From a virus (lineage: Duplodnaviria; Heunggongvirae; Uroviricota; Caudoviricetes), in the IMG/VR virus record IMGVR_UViG_2541047688_000007, positions 1 to 25,205 of that record: a stretch of 25,205 nucleotides of DNA. The stretch is one strand, 5' to 3'. Within the stretch, counting starts at the first letter, position 1. Each line of letters starts with the position of its first letter. The notes beneath the pieces are model-generated. The model was not told the origin of the DNA, made no database searches, and saw only the letters and a program-made list of their open reading frames with translations. Shown here one piece after another: positions 14,637 to 25,205 of this stretch. The position numbers were made by a program, and so were the translations under genes.

Positions 14637-14930
14637 ATGAAAGTTCAGGCCGTTGGTTTATTCTGGTTTCGCGATGCGATTCAGTATCATGAGCTCAAAA
14701 ATATTTTTACTGATGCTGATGTGCTCTCCGACAGTTACACCGAGTGGAAACACGACGCTGAAAAATTGATTAAGCGTGTCGAAAGAGGCGGGCAACGAGT
14801 TATTAAAGTTGAAGCGGATACAGCCGAGTTCATCGCTTGGTGTACAAGCGAAGGCATTGGAATCAATGCCGAAGGTAGAATGCAGTTCGCATCCTTTAAG
14901 GCTTACCAACAACTTCTCAGCGAACGCTAA
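14637..14930 (+). CDS. hypothetical protein (97 aa)
   Basis: ATG preceded by strong AAAGGAGG SD at ~7 nt; protein-like composition; overlaps an alternative minus-strand ORF (14658..15011), so only one of the two is likely real. Confidence 0.4.
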   Translation: MKVQAVGLFWFRDAIQYHELKNIFTDADVLSDSYTEWKHDAEKLIKRVERGGQRVIKVEADTAEFIAWCTSEGIGINAEGRMQFASFKAYQQLLSER

Positions 14931-15000
14931 TGTGATCGGGGCAATCGAAATGGTTGTCCCATCGTATTTAATAGTTATTTTTTCGCTCATATCACCACCA

Positions 15001-15210
15001 TCACTTCCCATCTTCCGTGTGCGCTAGGCTTGGGTGTGTATATGGAATGCTCGGATCCAAATGACAAAGAATGGCAACATCCTCCGGAACACCTCGCGTT
15101 TTCCACTTTCCAACACCTTGACTGCCACGAGGCCTTCCTTTCTTTGGGAACCTGCGACCAATAGCGGCATTGGTTTTAAATTGAATTTTTAATATTTCAT
15201 AAAGGGTCAT
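15001..15210 (-). CDS. hypothetical small basic protein in the cro position
   Basis: 69-aa ORF immediately leftward of the cI-divergent operator region; contains PKKGRPRGS (AT-hook-like); weak SD; no clear Cro HTH recognised. Confidence 0.3.
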   Translation of the reverse strand: MTLYEILKIQFKTNAAIGRRFPKKGRPRGSQGVGKWKTRGVPEDVAILCHLDPSIPYTHPSLAHTEDGK

Positions 15211-15321
15211 TCTTTAGTCTCACACCAGATACTTTGTTATCCAACGATGTTAACCACAGGAATCCAAAGTATCAAGAAATTCTGTTACTTTAGTATCAAC
15301 AGCCATGAGAGGAGAAGAAAA
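15211..15321. promoter_or_regulatory. immunity-region operator/promoter zone (divergent PR/PRM-like)
   Basis: Intergenic region between the cro-position ORF and the cI-like gene; ATACTTTG (15229-15236) and its inverted copy CAAAGTAT (15265-15272), plus imperfect 26-bp palindrome 15266-15291. Confidence 0.4.
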
Positions 15322-15978
15322 ATGAAGTCTTTAGGTGAACGTCTCATCAACGCACGGCAAAAAGCTGGGTTAACACAAGATGCGTTGGCTAAAAAAGCTG
15401 GGATCACCAGAGTTGCAATCAGTAAAGCCGAGCAAGGCCTTACAAAAAGTTTCAACGGTGACACCCTTTTTAAAGTTGCAGCTGCACTGCGGTGTTCACC
15501 GCAGTGGCTTCAGAACGGAGATGAAAAAGATAAGCATTGGGAAAATAATGTTAAGAGCTGCCCACAGAGAGACACAGCACACTCTTACCCTGTAATTAAC
15601 TGGGTTCAGGCAGGATTATTCGCAACTTCTGGTGATGACTACAACATGTATGATCAGGATAATTGGAGGCATTCTGTAAAATACGCTGGTGAGAGGGGGT
15701 TCTGGCTGGAAGTGCACGGAGACTCAATGACTTCGCCCGTAGGAATAACATTTCCTGAAGGAATGTCGATCCTTGTCAACCCAGATAAAGAAGTTTTTTC
15801 AGGGTGTTACGTCATCGCCAGAAAAAAATCTACCAATGAAGCAACATTCAAAAAATATATTTCTGACATGGGAAAGGCGTTTCTAAAGCCCCTTAATCCA
15901 CAATATCCAATCATAGAAATGGACAATGATTGCGAAATAGTAGGTGTTGTGGTTGATGCCAGGTGGGATATTTTCTGA
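15322..15978 (+). CDS. CI-like prophage repressor (XRE HTH + LexA/S24 peptidase domain)
   Basis: ATG at 15322 with GAGAGGAG SD; N-terminal HTH (LTQDALAKKAGITRVAISKAEQG), C-terminal S24 autopeptidase with GDSM Ser motif and downstream Lys (ATFKKY); track ORF from 15247 over-extends. Confidence 0.85.
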   Translation: MKSLGERLINARQKAGLTQDALAKKAGITRVAISKAEQGLTKSFNGDTLFKVAAALRCSPQWLQNGDEKDKHWENNVKSCPQRDTAHSYPVINWVQAGLFATSGDDYNMYDQDNWRHSVKYAGERGFWLEVHGDSMTSPVGITFPEGMSILVNPDKEVFSGCYVIARKKSTNEATFKKYISDMGKAFLKPLNPQYPIIEMDNDCEIVGVVVDARWDIF

Positions 15979-16081
15979 CCAGACACAAAACACAAAAAGA
16001 AACCAAAGTATCAAAAATCACTTGCCACACCTTGATACCTTAGTTACCATAAAACAAAGTTCGTAACTGAGGTATCATCTC

Positions 16082-16585
16082 ATGATCAATAAAGCTACAA
16101 CTCTTGACTGTCTCGAAGAACTGAAAAACCTCGGCAGCCTCATTACACTAATAGCAAAAGCAACACCTGATGCTACGCTCTCTAGCGATATAGAGTCATG
16201 CGCAGGACTGGCATGGGATATGACAAATAGCATATCCAGAAAGCTATCGTCAGCAATGCTTTTACAGAACAAAAATTCTGCAATCAACAACCGTCTTCGC
16301 ACCCAACGCGAAGCCTGCGGCTTAACAACCGCCGAACTCGCCAGGCTGCTCGATCTCGATGAAGAAATTATCATCCAGTGGGAGAGCGGAGAGTATGAAC
16401 CAACTATCAGTATGCTTATCCCACTGGCAAATATTCTTGGCTGCGATCCGATGTGGCTGTTAACTGGTGAGGTTACTCCTCCGGAGCAACCAAAAAGTGA
16501 GGAGCAGCAACACCATGACGCATCTCAACAAGTTTGCCCCTTATCTCGCGAAGCTCTTCTGCGGAAGAACCAATACCAATGGTGA
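16082..16585 (+). CDS. XRE-family HTH transcriptional regulator
   Basis: C-terminal HTH_XRE-like region (INNRLRTQREACGLTTAELARLLDLDEEIIIQWESGEYEPTISMLIPLANILGCDPMWLL); start uncertain (16082 or internal ATG 16256). Confidence 0.55.
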   Translation: MINKATTLDCLEELKNLGSLITLIAKATPDATLSSDIESCAGLAWDMTNSISRKLSSAMLLQNKNSAINNRLRTQREACGLTTAELARLLDLDEEIIIQWESGEYEPTISMLIPLANILGCDPMWLLTGEVTPPEQPKSEEQQHHDASQQVCPLSREALLRKNQYQW

Positions 16586-16763
16586 CATAATCGCCGCTTC
16601 GCCCTTCAAGGTACATGCGAACATTTTTATCAATCATTGCGGAAACAGTCTCAATATGAAAACACTTCTGAGACTCGCTATATAGCAGAACTGAAGTGGT
16701 TTACTGAATTTGGCCACCTGAACAGAGGTGATATGCTCACCTCAGAACAACACAGGTGCCATA

Positions 16764-17911
<1,148 letters not shown>

Positions 17912-17967
17912 CTCGGTGGCCAGTTTTTGTTGACCACTTCAGAACATATAAGTCAGCTGAGGAAGCC

Positions 17968-18333
17968 ATGAAAAAGTTCGAAAACATAACTGTTCTCCAT
18001 GTTGATGACTTTGATTATACAAACCCGGAACTTCTCCCGGAGGTTGTAAAGGCAATAGATGTTGCCGATATAGTGATTAGAGAAAAGAGAATTGTCAAAA
18101 ACAGGCTCGCATGCACTTCAGGAGCAATGACAGAAACAACCTCACAGCAAGATAATTACGAAGGCATTTGTCTGGAGCCTGATTCATTTGCGGTAAATGT
18201 TTATCATTTATTGCATGCAACACAGGTATTACATATGTCCAGTAATCACGAAACGAAAACACTCGGCAGCGAAATTCTGAGTTTTGCATGTGAGTATACA
18301 AAAGCTGCTGCCGAAAAAGAATTAGCGCAATAA
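17968..18333 (+). CDS. hypothetical protein (121 aa)
   Basis: ORF with GAGGAAG SD; no recognised motif. Confidence 0.45.
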   Translation: MKKFENITVLHVDDFDYTNPELLPEVVKAIDVADIVIREKRIVKNRLACTSGAMTETTSQQDNYEGICLEPDSFAVNVYHLLHATQVLHMSSNHETKTLGSEILSFACEYTKAAAEKELAQ

Positions 18334-18527
18334 CAACAAATATGCCCTGAACGTTTATTGCGGTTTTATCGCCGGGGATTATTACAACCTTAATCCACAG
18401 GAGGCTTTATTGTGACTTTTATAAAGAATATGGCATCACACAAGACCGCCTGCCTTATTGCACAATACGGTGAAAATTACATGCATATTGCCTGCTTATT
18501 TCTGCGTAAAGCATACGGGAGATAATA

Positions 18528-18728
18528 ATGCATCAGAAAACAGCAGAACACGAACAAACCAGAGTATTGCTGACCATCAAAAACGGGAAAGTAATATTCA
18601 TTCGCCATGTTCATGACGATGAACTTGTAGGAACTCTTTCAACATTCCTGTTTATTGCAGAAAAGGCAGGATATGACGTTATTGCACCAGCAGATGAAGA
18701 TGAAGATGAAGATGAAGATGAGGAATAA
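18528..18728 (+). CDS. hypothetical protein with acidic DE-repeat tail (66 aa)
   Basis: ORF ending ADEDEDEDEDEE, encoded by a GATGAA hexanucleotide tandem repeat. Confidence 0.4.
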   Translation: MHQKTAEHEQTRVLLTIKNGKVIFIRHVHDDELVGTLSTFLFIAEKAGYDVIAPADEDEDEDEDEE

Positions 18729-18733
18729 ATATC

Positions 18734-19315
18734 ATGCAATACGATGAATTCCAGGCTGAAGCAACAGCCAATGGTATACGAACTGGCAGTATGACGATTG
18801 ATTATCACGACGCCATACGTCGTCTGGATGCCGGAGAATTCGATACTCCTAATGTGCGAGGTTTACGTATCCTTCAGTGTCTGGCGCAAGCCGACGAAGC
18901 AGGATTACTGGGTAAACTTCCGGTTGAGATGAAGGTTGCTCAGTGGCGATGGTTGTATGTGACGACATTCATCAACGAAGAAGAAGACAAGAACGGCACA
19001 ATTGATATCCTGAATGAACACGGAACAACTGAACACGCCGTGGTATATAACGGGATGTATGGGTTTATGACGATATATCCCGGCCCCATTCGATTTGCCT
19101 TACAACAGTATATTGAATGGAATTTAATTCAAAAATACGGCGAAGCTGAAGGAATGGGAAGAGCGCTGTTTCTTTATCAGAAAATGCTCACTACTTCCCC
19201 TGATAAAGGTTTCATTCTTTCAGATATGGGTCGAGAAGGGCTTGAAATTCTTCTGGATGAAATTATTAACGAAATGAATACTCATGGCATGCAATCCGAA
19301 ACAGATATTAAGTAA
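18734..19315 (+). CDS. hypothetical protein (193 aa)
   Basis: ORF 5 nt downstream of previous gene; protein-like composition; no recognised motif. Confidence 0.5.
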   Translation: MQYDEFQAEATANGIRTGSMTIDYHDAIRRLDAGEFDTPNVRGLRILQCLAQADEAGLLGKLPVEMKVAQWRWLYVTTFINEEEDKNGTIDILNEHGTTEHAVVYNGMYGFMTIYPGPIRFALQQYIEWNLIQKYGEAEGMGRALFLYQKMLTTSPDKGFILSDMGREGLEILLDEIINEMNTHGMQSETDIK

Positions 19316-19325
19316 AAGGGACCAC

Positions 19326-19574
19326 ATGACCGTTATCGAGTATATCCAGGAAAATCCAGATTGCAGTAGAGAAGATATATCCCTCGCACTTGGAAGAAGC
19401 GCAACTTCTATCAGTAATGAATTATCACGGTTATTGTGGAATGGGTTAATAGTACGAACTGGAGAAAAAAACAAAATGATTCTGTACTGCGTAAACAATC
19501 TGCCGTTTGGATACAGCAATCCCCTAAGTGTTATGTTCAACCAGTTACTTAAACAGGTAAGAAATGGCAACTGA
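19326..19574 (+). CDS. small winged-helix DNA-binding protein (hypothetical)
   Basis: ATG 19326 with AAGGGA SD; MTVIEYIQENPDCSREDISLALGRSATSISNELSRLLWNGLIVRTGEKNK resembles wHTH regulators; track ORF from 19284 over-extends. Confidence 0.45.
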   Translation: MTVIEYIQENPDCSREDISLALGRSATSISNELSRLLWNGLIVRTGEKNKMILYCVNNLPFGYSNPLSVMFNQLLKQVRNGN

Positions 19575-19854
19575 CTCACAACTAACCATAGAAACGGCCC
19601 TGAATGTCGGCCTGGCACTTCTCGGTTGGCTTTACATCATGTCCCGTACATGGCGATGGCTGGGTTCCATTTTCCTAAAACAGTGGAAAAAACGGCGCAA
19701 ACAGGAACTACGCCAGAAGGCATTAGAAGCGTTCTATGACGCATTTGAGCTTAGCCGCATTGAACCAGGTACAACAGCCAGGATAGCGACAAAAGGCGAC
19801 CTGATGATAGTGATGTTCCGACAGGAGAGAGCAGAGAAAGGGGAATCAGCATGA
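19564..19854 (+). CDS. hypothetical membrane protein (96 aa)
   Basis: One predicted TM helix (ALNVGLALLGWLYIM) followed by basic stretch; SD AGGTAAGAA. Confidence 0.45.
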   Translation: MATDSQLTIETALNVGLALLGWLYIMSRTWRWLGSIFLKQWKKRRKQELRQKALEAFYDAFELSRIEPGTTARIATKGDLMIVMFRQERAEKGESA

Positions 19855-20591
19855 AATTTTCCAAATTTTCTGAGTTGGTGAATCGTATTTTGTCCAACAA
19901 CCACAGCCATCGTCGCGATATGGATGTAACGATCGTTGTTCATTCGCCTGGCAGCATTGGTTCAACACCCTCAGTTGAAGTTCAGTCAATTCACGCTGGT
20001 TTTGATTGGGATTCCGGGAAAGTGCTGATTTTCCCAGCACAGCCACTGACCACTCTAACACCAGAACAGATTACTGATATTACTGATAGTGTGCGCAAAG
20101 GTCAGTCCTGGCACGCATATCAGGAATACAAGAAGCATAAAGAGCAGTTGGAAAAATTATCGATTGAACTTGATGCCGCAAAACAGCGCATTGCAGAGCT
20201 GGAGGGTAATTTCACGGCGCTGGCAGCGGAGAATGCGGGAATAAAGTCTGCAATTCCAGAATCACGGGATATTGAAGATGACAATGACAATATGGATGAC
20301 GTATCTCTCGCGGAAGACTTCGGGTTCAATCATGCAATAGAACGGATGAGGAGACAGATACCTGAAACGCCAACCACTGATGCTTTCCTGGCTGAAGTCC
20401 TGGCGCAGGGGGTGGATGCTGCTATAGAAGCTGCAAAAAATCTGGTGGCCCAAGAATATGAGTATAAGGATTTCAAAGCGGCGCAGAGTGATTGCTGTAT
20501 GTACCCTGGTTCAGACCTGGTAGGGAAGGTTGAAATGACTGAGTGGTTAGTTGACTTTGCTGCCCAGCTTCGCAAAGGAGGCAACCAGTGA
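19851..20591 (+). CDS. hypothetical coiled-coil protein (Ea22-like early-left accessory protein)
   Basis: 246-aa ORF with ATGA overlap to upstream gene; central coiled-coil (KEQLEKLSIELDAAKQRIAELEGN); Ea22-like label is a weak guess from position and composition. Confidence 0.5.
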   Translation: MKFSKFSELVNRILSNNHSHRRDMDVTIVVHSPGSIGSTPSVEVQSIHAGFDWDSGKVLIFPAQPLTTLTPEQITDITDSVRKGQSWHAYQEYKKHKEQLEKLSIELDAAKQRIAELEGNFTALAAENAGIKSAIPESRDIEDDNDNMDDVSLAEDFGFNHAIERMRRQIPETPTTDAFLAEVLAQGVDAAIEAAKNLVAQEYEYKDFKAAQSDCCMYPGSDLVGKVEMTEWLVDFAAQLRKGGNQ

Positions 20592-21073
20592 GCGAAATTA
20601 ATTACCAGGCACTGCGTGAGGTGGCGGAACGTGCAATTCCAGCAATGGAACGCCTGTTAATGTTGCCAGCTGATGATGACTTGTTAAGTGAACAGGAACT
20701 TAAAGATTACGGTGTGGATATTGATGCGCTCAACGCCTTCAAATTTCTGACCGGACCAGAAACCGTGCTGGCACTGCTGGATGAACGGGAAAGAAACCTG
20801 CAATACATCAAAAGCCGCGATCAGGAGAACGAGGATATTGCGCTAACGGTAGGGAAGCTGCGCGTTGAGCTTGAAGCAGAAAAACAGCGGGCAAAAGTTC
20901 TATTTATGGAAAATGCTCGGCTTAAGTCAGGCATAGCCGGTCTGATACACCTCGGTATTCGATATGCAGATGTTGAGGTCATGAAAATTGCTGGAGATGC
21001 CCAGCTTTCTACCCCATGCACTGACAGCATCATAAACAGCATTGCAACAGGCATTCGCATCAAAGGAGAGTGA
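20588..21073 (+). CDS. hypothetical coiled-coil protein (161 aa)
   Basis: GTG start overlapping previous stop, AAAGGAGG SD; no recognised motif. Confidence 0.5.
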   Translation: MSEINYQALREVAERAIPAMERLLMLPADDDLLSEQELKDYGVDIDALNAFKFLTGPETVLALLDERERNLQYIKSRDQENEDIALTVGKLRVELEAEKQRAKVLFMENARLKSGIAGLIHLGIRYADVEVMKIAGDAQLSTPCTDSIINSIATGIRIKGE

Positions 21074-21074
21074 T

Positions 21075-21338
21075 ATGGCAACTTTGACAAAAAAAGAACA
21101 AGCATGGTTGAGCGAATTACAGGACGTTCTTGATCGCTGTCCATCACCGAAAAAAATTGGTTTTTACACCATTGGCGATAAAAGCATTTACCTGTATGAC
21201 CTGCGCCGCATGGATGAAATCATGGAGGCTCTTGATAATCGTTCGTCGATGGATTGGTGTGTTGCTGTTCATGATATGAATGCAGGGTTTGATGAAAAGA
21301 TTTTGTTCCCCTCATCAGTTGAAAGCACTGCGGGTTAA
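21075..21338 (+). CDS. hypothetical protein (87 aa)
   Basis: ATG 21075 with AAAGGAGAG SD directly after previous stop. Confidence 0.45.
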   Translation: MATLTKKEQAWLSELQDVLDRCPSPKKIGFYTIGDKSIYLYDLRRMDEIMEALDNRSSMDWCVAVHDMNAGFDEKILFPSSVESTAG

Positions 21339-21348
21339 GGAGTAACAC

Positions 21349-21861
21349 ATGACCACTATAACCAAAGAGCGACTGCTGACAATCAAGCAGTGGCGCGAAA
21401 CATACGGACCGGGTAGCAACGTTGTGCTTCCAGCAGAAGAAGCGGAAGAGCTGGCACGGATTGCGCTGGCATCACTGGCAGCAGAGCCGGTGGCAAAGAT
21501 TATAGCTCATTACCCATTAGGAGTTGACGTAGGCAAACAAAAATTCGTACAGGCCATTAGAGAGCTTCCTGACTTTGGCGGATATCTATTTGCCGCCCCT
21601 CCAGCGCCGATAGTGCCGGAAGAAATGTATTGGCAGGATGCGCCAGTTGAAGGCAGCAGCAAAGCGGCTGCATACGCTACAGGCTGGAACGATTGCCGCG
21701 AAGCCATGCTTCAGTCCGGAAACTTTCGGGAAAATAAAGATTCGTCAACCAATAATTTTCGGAAAATCCCGGAAGCGTCAACCAGCTCTCCGGTAACTCC
21801 GGATGGTTGGATAAGCTGTAGTGAGCGAATGCCGGACGACAGGCAGGAGGTGAATCAATGA
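21349..21861 (+). CDS. hypothetical phage protein, DUF551-like C-terminus
   Basis: 170-aa ORF; C-terminal DGWISCSERMP resembles the W-x-x-E-R-(L/M)-P motif I associate with DUF551. Confidence 0.5.
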   Translation: MTTITKERLLTIKQWRETYGPGSNVVLPAEEAEELARIALASLAAEPVAKIIAHYPLGVDVGKQKFVQAIRELPDFGGYLFAAPPAPIVPEEMYWQDAPVEGSSKAAAYATGWNDCREAMLQSGNFRENKDSSTNNFRKIPEASTSSPVTPDGWISCSERMPDDRQEVNQ

Positions 21862-21945
21862 GCTGGCCTGATGCAATCGTAACTCTGGGGGTGGTATTCG
21901 CAGCAGCGTTTGTTGTGTTCTCGATTTGTCGATGGGGATAACCAC

Positions 21946-22188
21946 ATGTTCGCTTTGATTCAACGCGGTCAGATATACACGGACAGAGCCGGATACCCCG
22001 TGGTGATTACTCGCATCACTGAGCACTCAGTGTTCTTTCGACGGATGGACGGACGATCCGGGCGGGTACGCATTGGTGAGTTAAACTGCCTGTTCGAACA
22101 TATTGACCACCAGGAGTACCGCAAAATTCTCGCGGACACTGAGCAGGAAAAGCACCTGAAAAAATTACGAGCCATAAAAAGGAAGTAA
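21946..22188 (+). CDS. hypothetical protein (80 aa)
   Basis: ATG 21946 with GGGGA SD; MFALIQRGQIYTDRAGYPVVITRITEHSVFFRRMDGRSGRVRIGELN... Confidence 0.45.
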   Translation: MFALIQRGQIYTDRAGYPVVITRITEHSVFFRRMDGRSGRVRIGELNCLFEHIDHQEYRKILADTEQEKHLKKLRAIKRK

Positions 22189-22520
22189 AGAATGAATAAA
22201 GCATTTGAACGATGGGTCCACCAGCGTTACGGCAATCGCTATGACCTGACGCGAGATGTTGACGGCTTCTACTGTCGTGAAGTTGTGAAGCGAATGTTTG
22301 AAGTGTGGTGCCACTGCCGTGGGCTGAGTGTTGTGTGAGGTAATACATGGGCAATGTGATTCAACTGGCTCCCAATGAATGGGTTTGTGAAAGCGTTCTT
22401 ATCGCAATTACCGGGCTCAAACCAGGCACAATTCTTCGGGCCCGGAAATGAAGTGGTTTACTGAATTTGGCCACCTGAACAGAGGTGATATGCTCACCTC
22501 AGAACAACACAGGTGCCATA

Positions 22521-23668
<1,148 letters not shown>

Positions 23669-23891
23669 CTCGGTGGCCAGTTTTTGTTGACCACTTCAAA
23701 AGAATGCTGGATGGTTGGAAGAGAGTATATTCACGTATCACCAGACGGTAATCCAAAGCCTTCCAGTGAATGTATGTATAACAGAAAAGCAATAGATGCC
23801 TGGGTCGCCTCAATGAAAAACAAACAACCCAGGTGATTTAATATCATGAAATATGTAAGCTCGTATCGCTCTTGGGCGTCTGGAGGTATCG

Positions 23892-25205
23892 ATGGATAAA
23901 GTCAAATATCCAACAGGCGTCGAAAACCACGGCGGCACATTACGCATCTGGTTTAATTTTAAAGGTAAACGTGTCAGGGAAAATCTTGGTGTCCCTGACA
24001 CTGCCAAGAACAGGAAGATCGCCGGGGAACTGCGGACATCAGTATGTTTTGCCATCCGCACAGGAAGCTTTGATTATGCTGCACAGTTCCCTGACTCCCC
24101 CAACCTTCAGGCTTTTGGGGTAAGTAAAAAAGAAATTACGGTGAAGGAACTTGAAGAAAAGTGGCTGGATCTGAAACGAATGGAAATCTCTGCAAATGCA
24201 TTCAATCGCTATGAATCCGTTGCAAGAACGATGGTTCCGAAAATTGGAGGCAGTAGACTGGTGTCATCGGTAACCAAAGAGGAATTGCTGTATATCAGGA
24301 AAGATTTGCTGACCGGGTATCAGAATTCAACGAAAAACAAAGCAGCAGCAAAAGGACGGAGCGTCGTTACTGTAAATTATTACATGACGACAATCGCTGG
24401 AATGTTTCAGTTTGCTGCAGATCACGGTTACTTAGAAGCAAATCCCTTCCAGGGAATTAAGCCTCTTAAAAGAGCCAGGGCAGAGCCAGATCCGCTAACT
24501 CGTGACGAATTTATTCGCCTGATAGATGCTTGCCGACATCAGCAGACGAAAAACCTGTGGTCATTGGCTGTGTACACAGGAATGCGTCACGGTGAACTGG
24601 TCTCCCTGGCCTGGGAAGATATCGATCTGAAGGCAGGAACAATTACCATCAGGCGCAATTATACGAAACTTGGTGAGTTCACTCTACCGAAAACTGAAGC
24701 AAGCACAAACAGGGTTGTGCACCTTATCCAGCCCGCTATCAGTGTCCTGAAAAATCAGGCTGAAATGACAAGACTGGGTAAGCAGTACAACATCAAGGTG
24801 CAACTACGTGAATATGGACGTTCAGTGAACCATGAATGTACTTTCGTGTTTAACCCTCAAGTGGTTAGAAAAAGCGAACAGGTAGGTTTTGTCTACAAAG
24901 TCGATTCTGTAGGTGACTCATGGGAAACAGCCATTAAGCGTGCAGGGATCAGGCATCGAAAGGCATACCAGTCACGACACACTTATGCGTGCTGGTCATT
25001 ATCTGCCGGAGCAAACCCAAGCTTCATTGCCAGCCAGATGGGCCATGCAAGTGCCCAGATGGTATTCAATGTATACGGAGCATGGATGACTGACAGCAAT
25101 GCAGAACAGATCGCAATGCTGAATCAGAAGCTGACAGATTATGTCCCAATGATGCCCCATAGTCACCAAAGTGACACCAGAGGCTTATTAAAATCAGTAA
25201 GTTAA
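23892..25205 (+). CDS. int: tyrosine site-specific integrase (phage integrase family)
   Basis: 437-aa ORF with GGAGG SD; N-terminal arm-binding-like region; catalytic residues in TGMRHGEL (Arg), HRKAYQSRHTYA (His/Arg) and VYGAWM (Tyr); complete, stop TAA at 25203-25205. Confidence 0.9.
   Translation: MDKVKYPTGVENHGGTLRIWFNFKGKRVRENLGVPDTAKNRKIAGELRTSVCFAIRTGSFDYAAQFPDSPNLQAFGVSKKEITVKELEEKWLDLKRMEISANAFNRYESVARTMVPKIGGSRLVSSVTKEELLYIRKDLLTGYQNSTKNKAAAKGRSVVTVNYYMTTIAGMFQFAADHGYLEANPFQGIKPLKRARAEPDPLTRDEFIRLIDACRHQQTKNLWSLAVYTGMRHGELVSLAWEDIDLKAGTITIRRNYTKLGEFTLPKTEASTNRVVHLIQPAISVLKNQAEMTRLGKQYNIKVQLREYGRSVNHECTFVFNPQVVRKSEQVGFVYKVDSVGDSWETAIKRAGIRHRKAYQSRHTYACWSLSAGANPSFIASQMGHASAQMVFNVYGAWMTDSNAEQIAMLNQKLTDYVPMMPHSHQSDTRGLLKSVS

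Noticed and set aside
14658-15011. Minus-strand 117-aa ORF overlapping the plus-strand ORF 14637..14930
   Set aside because: Not firmly rejected. It fits the operon direction but has a weaker RBS than the plus-strand ORF. Both cannot be assumed coding, so I listed the plus-strand ORF at low confidence and flagged the ambiguity.
16075-16374. Minus-strand Ser-rich ORF 16075..16374
   Set aside because: Antisense to the XRE regulator gene; low-complexity Ser/Arg-rich translation; no RBS.
18611-18808. Minus-strand poly-Ser ORF
   Set aside because: Reverse-strand artefact of the GATGAA repeat that encodes the acidic tail on the plus strand.

Overview
This window reads as a ~25 kb slice of a lambdoid prophage (phage 21/82/lambda-like architecture, enterobacterial; IS911-like elements suggest an E. 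coli/Shigella host). All calls come from reading the sequence and ORF translations by eye; no database search, tRNA scanner or terminator predictor was run. On the minus strand, read from high to low coordinates, there is a tightly coupled early-right operon: three Rha-family regulators, two small ORFs, an O-like initiator with internal iterons, a DnaC-like loader, a DnaB-like helicase, a small coiled-coil ORF and a Q antiterminator. This is followed by a ~4.8 kb accessory zone (C5-cytosine MTase, a DUF262 + HEPN gene pair on the opposite strand, a small wHTH protein, an amino-MTase and three tRNA genes), then a phage-21-type lysis cassette (pinholin, SAR endolysin, Rz/Rz1) that carries extra inserted ORFs. 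On the plus strand are a cI-like S24 repressor, an XRE regulator, early-left accessory genes, an excisionase and a tyrosine integrase. Two IS911-like copies lie in direct orientation; one interrupts the excisionase, so the prophage is probably excision-defective. The most interesting candidate is the AT-rich DUF262 + HEPN + C5-MTase cassette in the Q-to-holin moron locus, a possible anti-phage defence module that I cannot assign to a named system from memory. No CRISPR array or toxin (stx-like) gene was seen.
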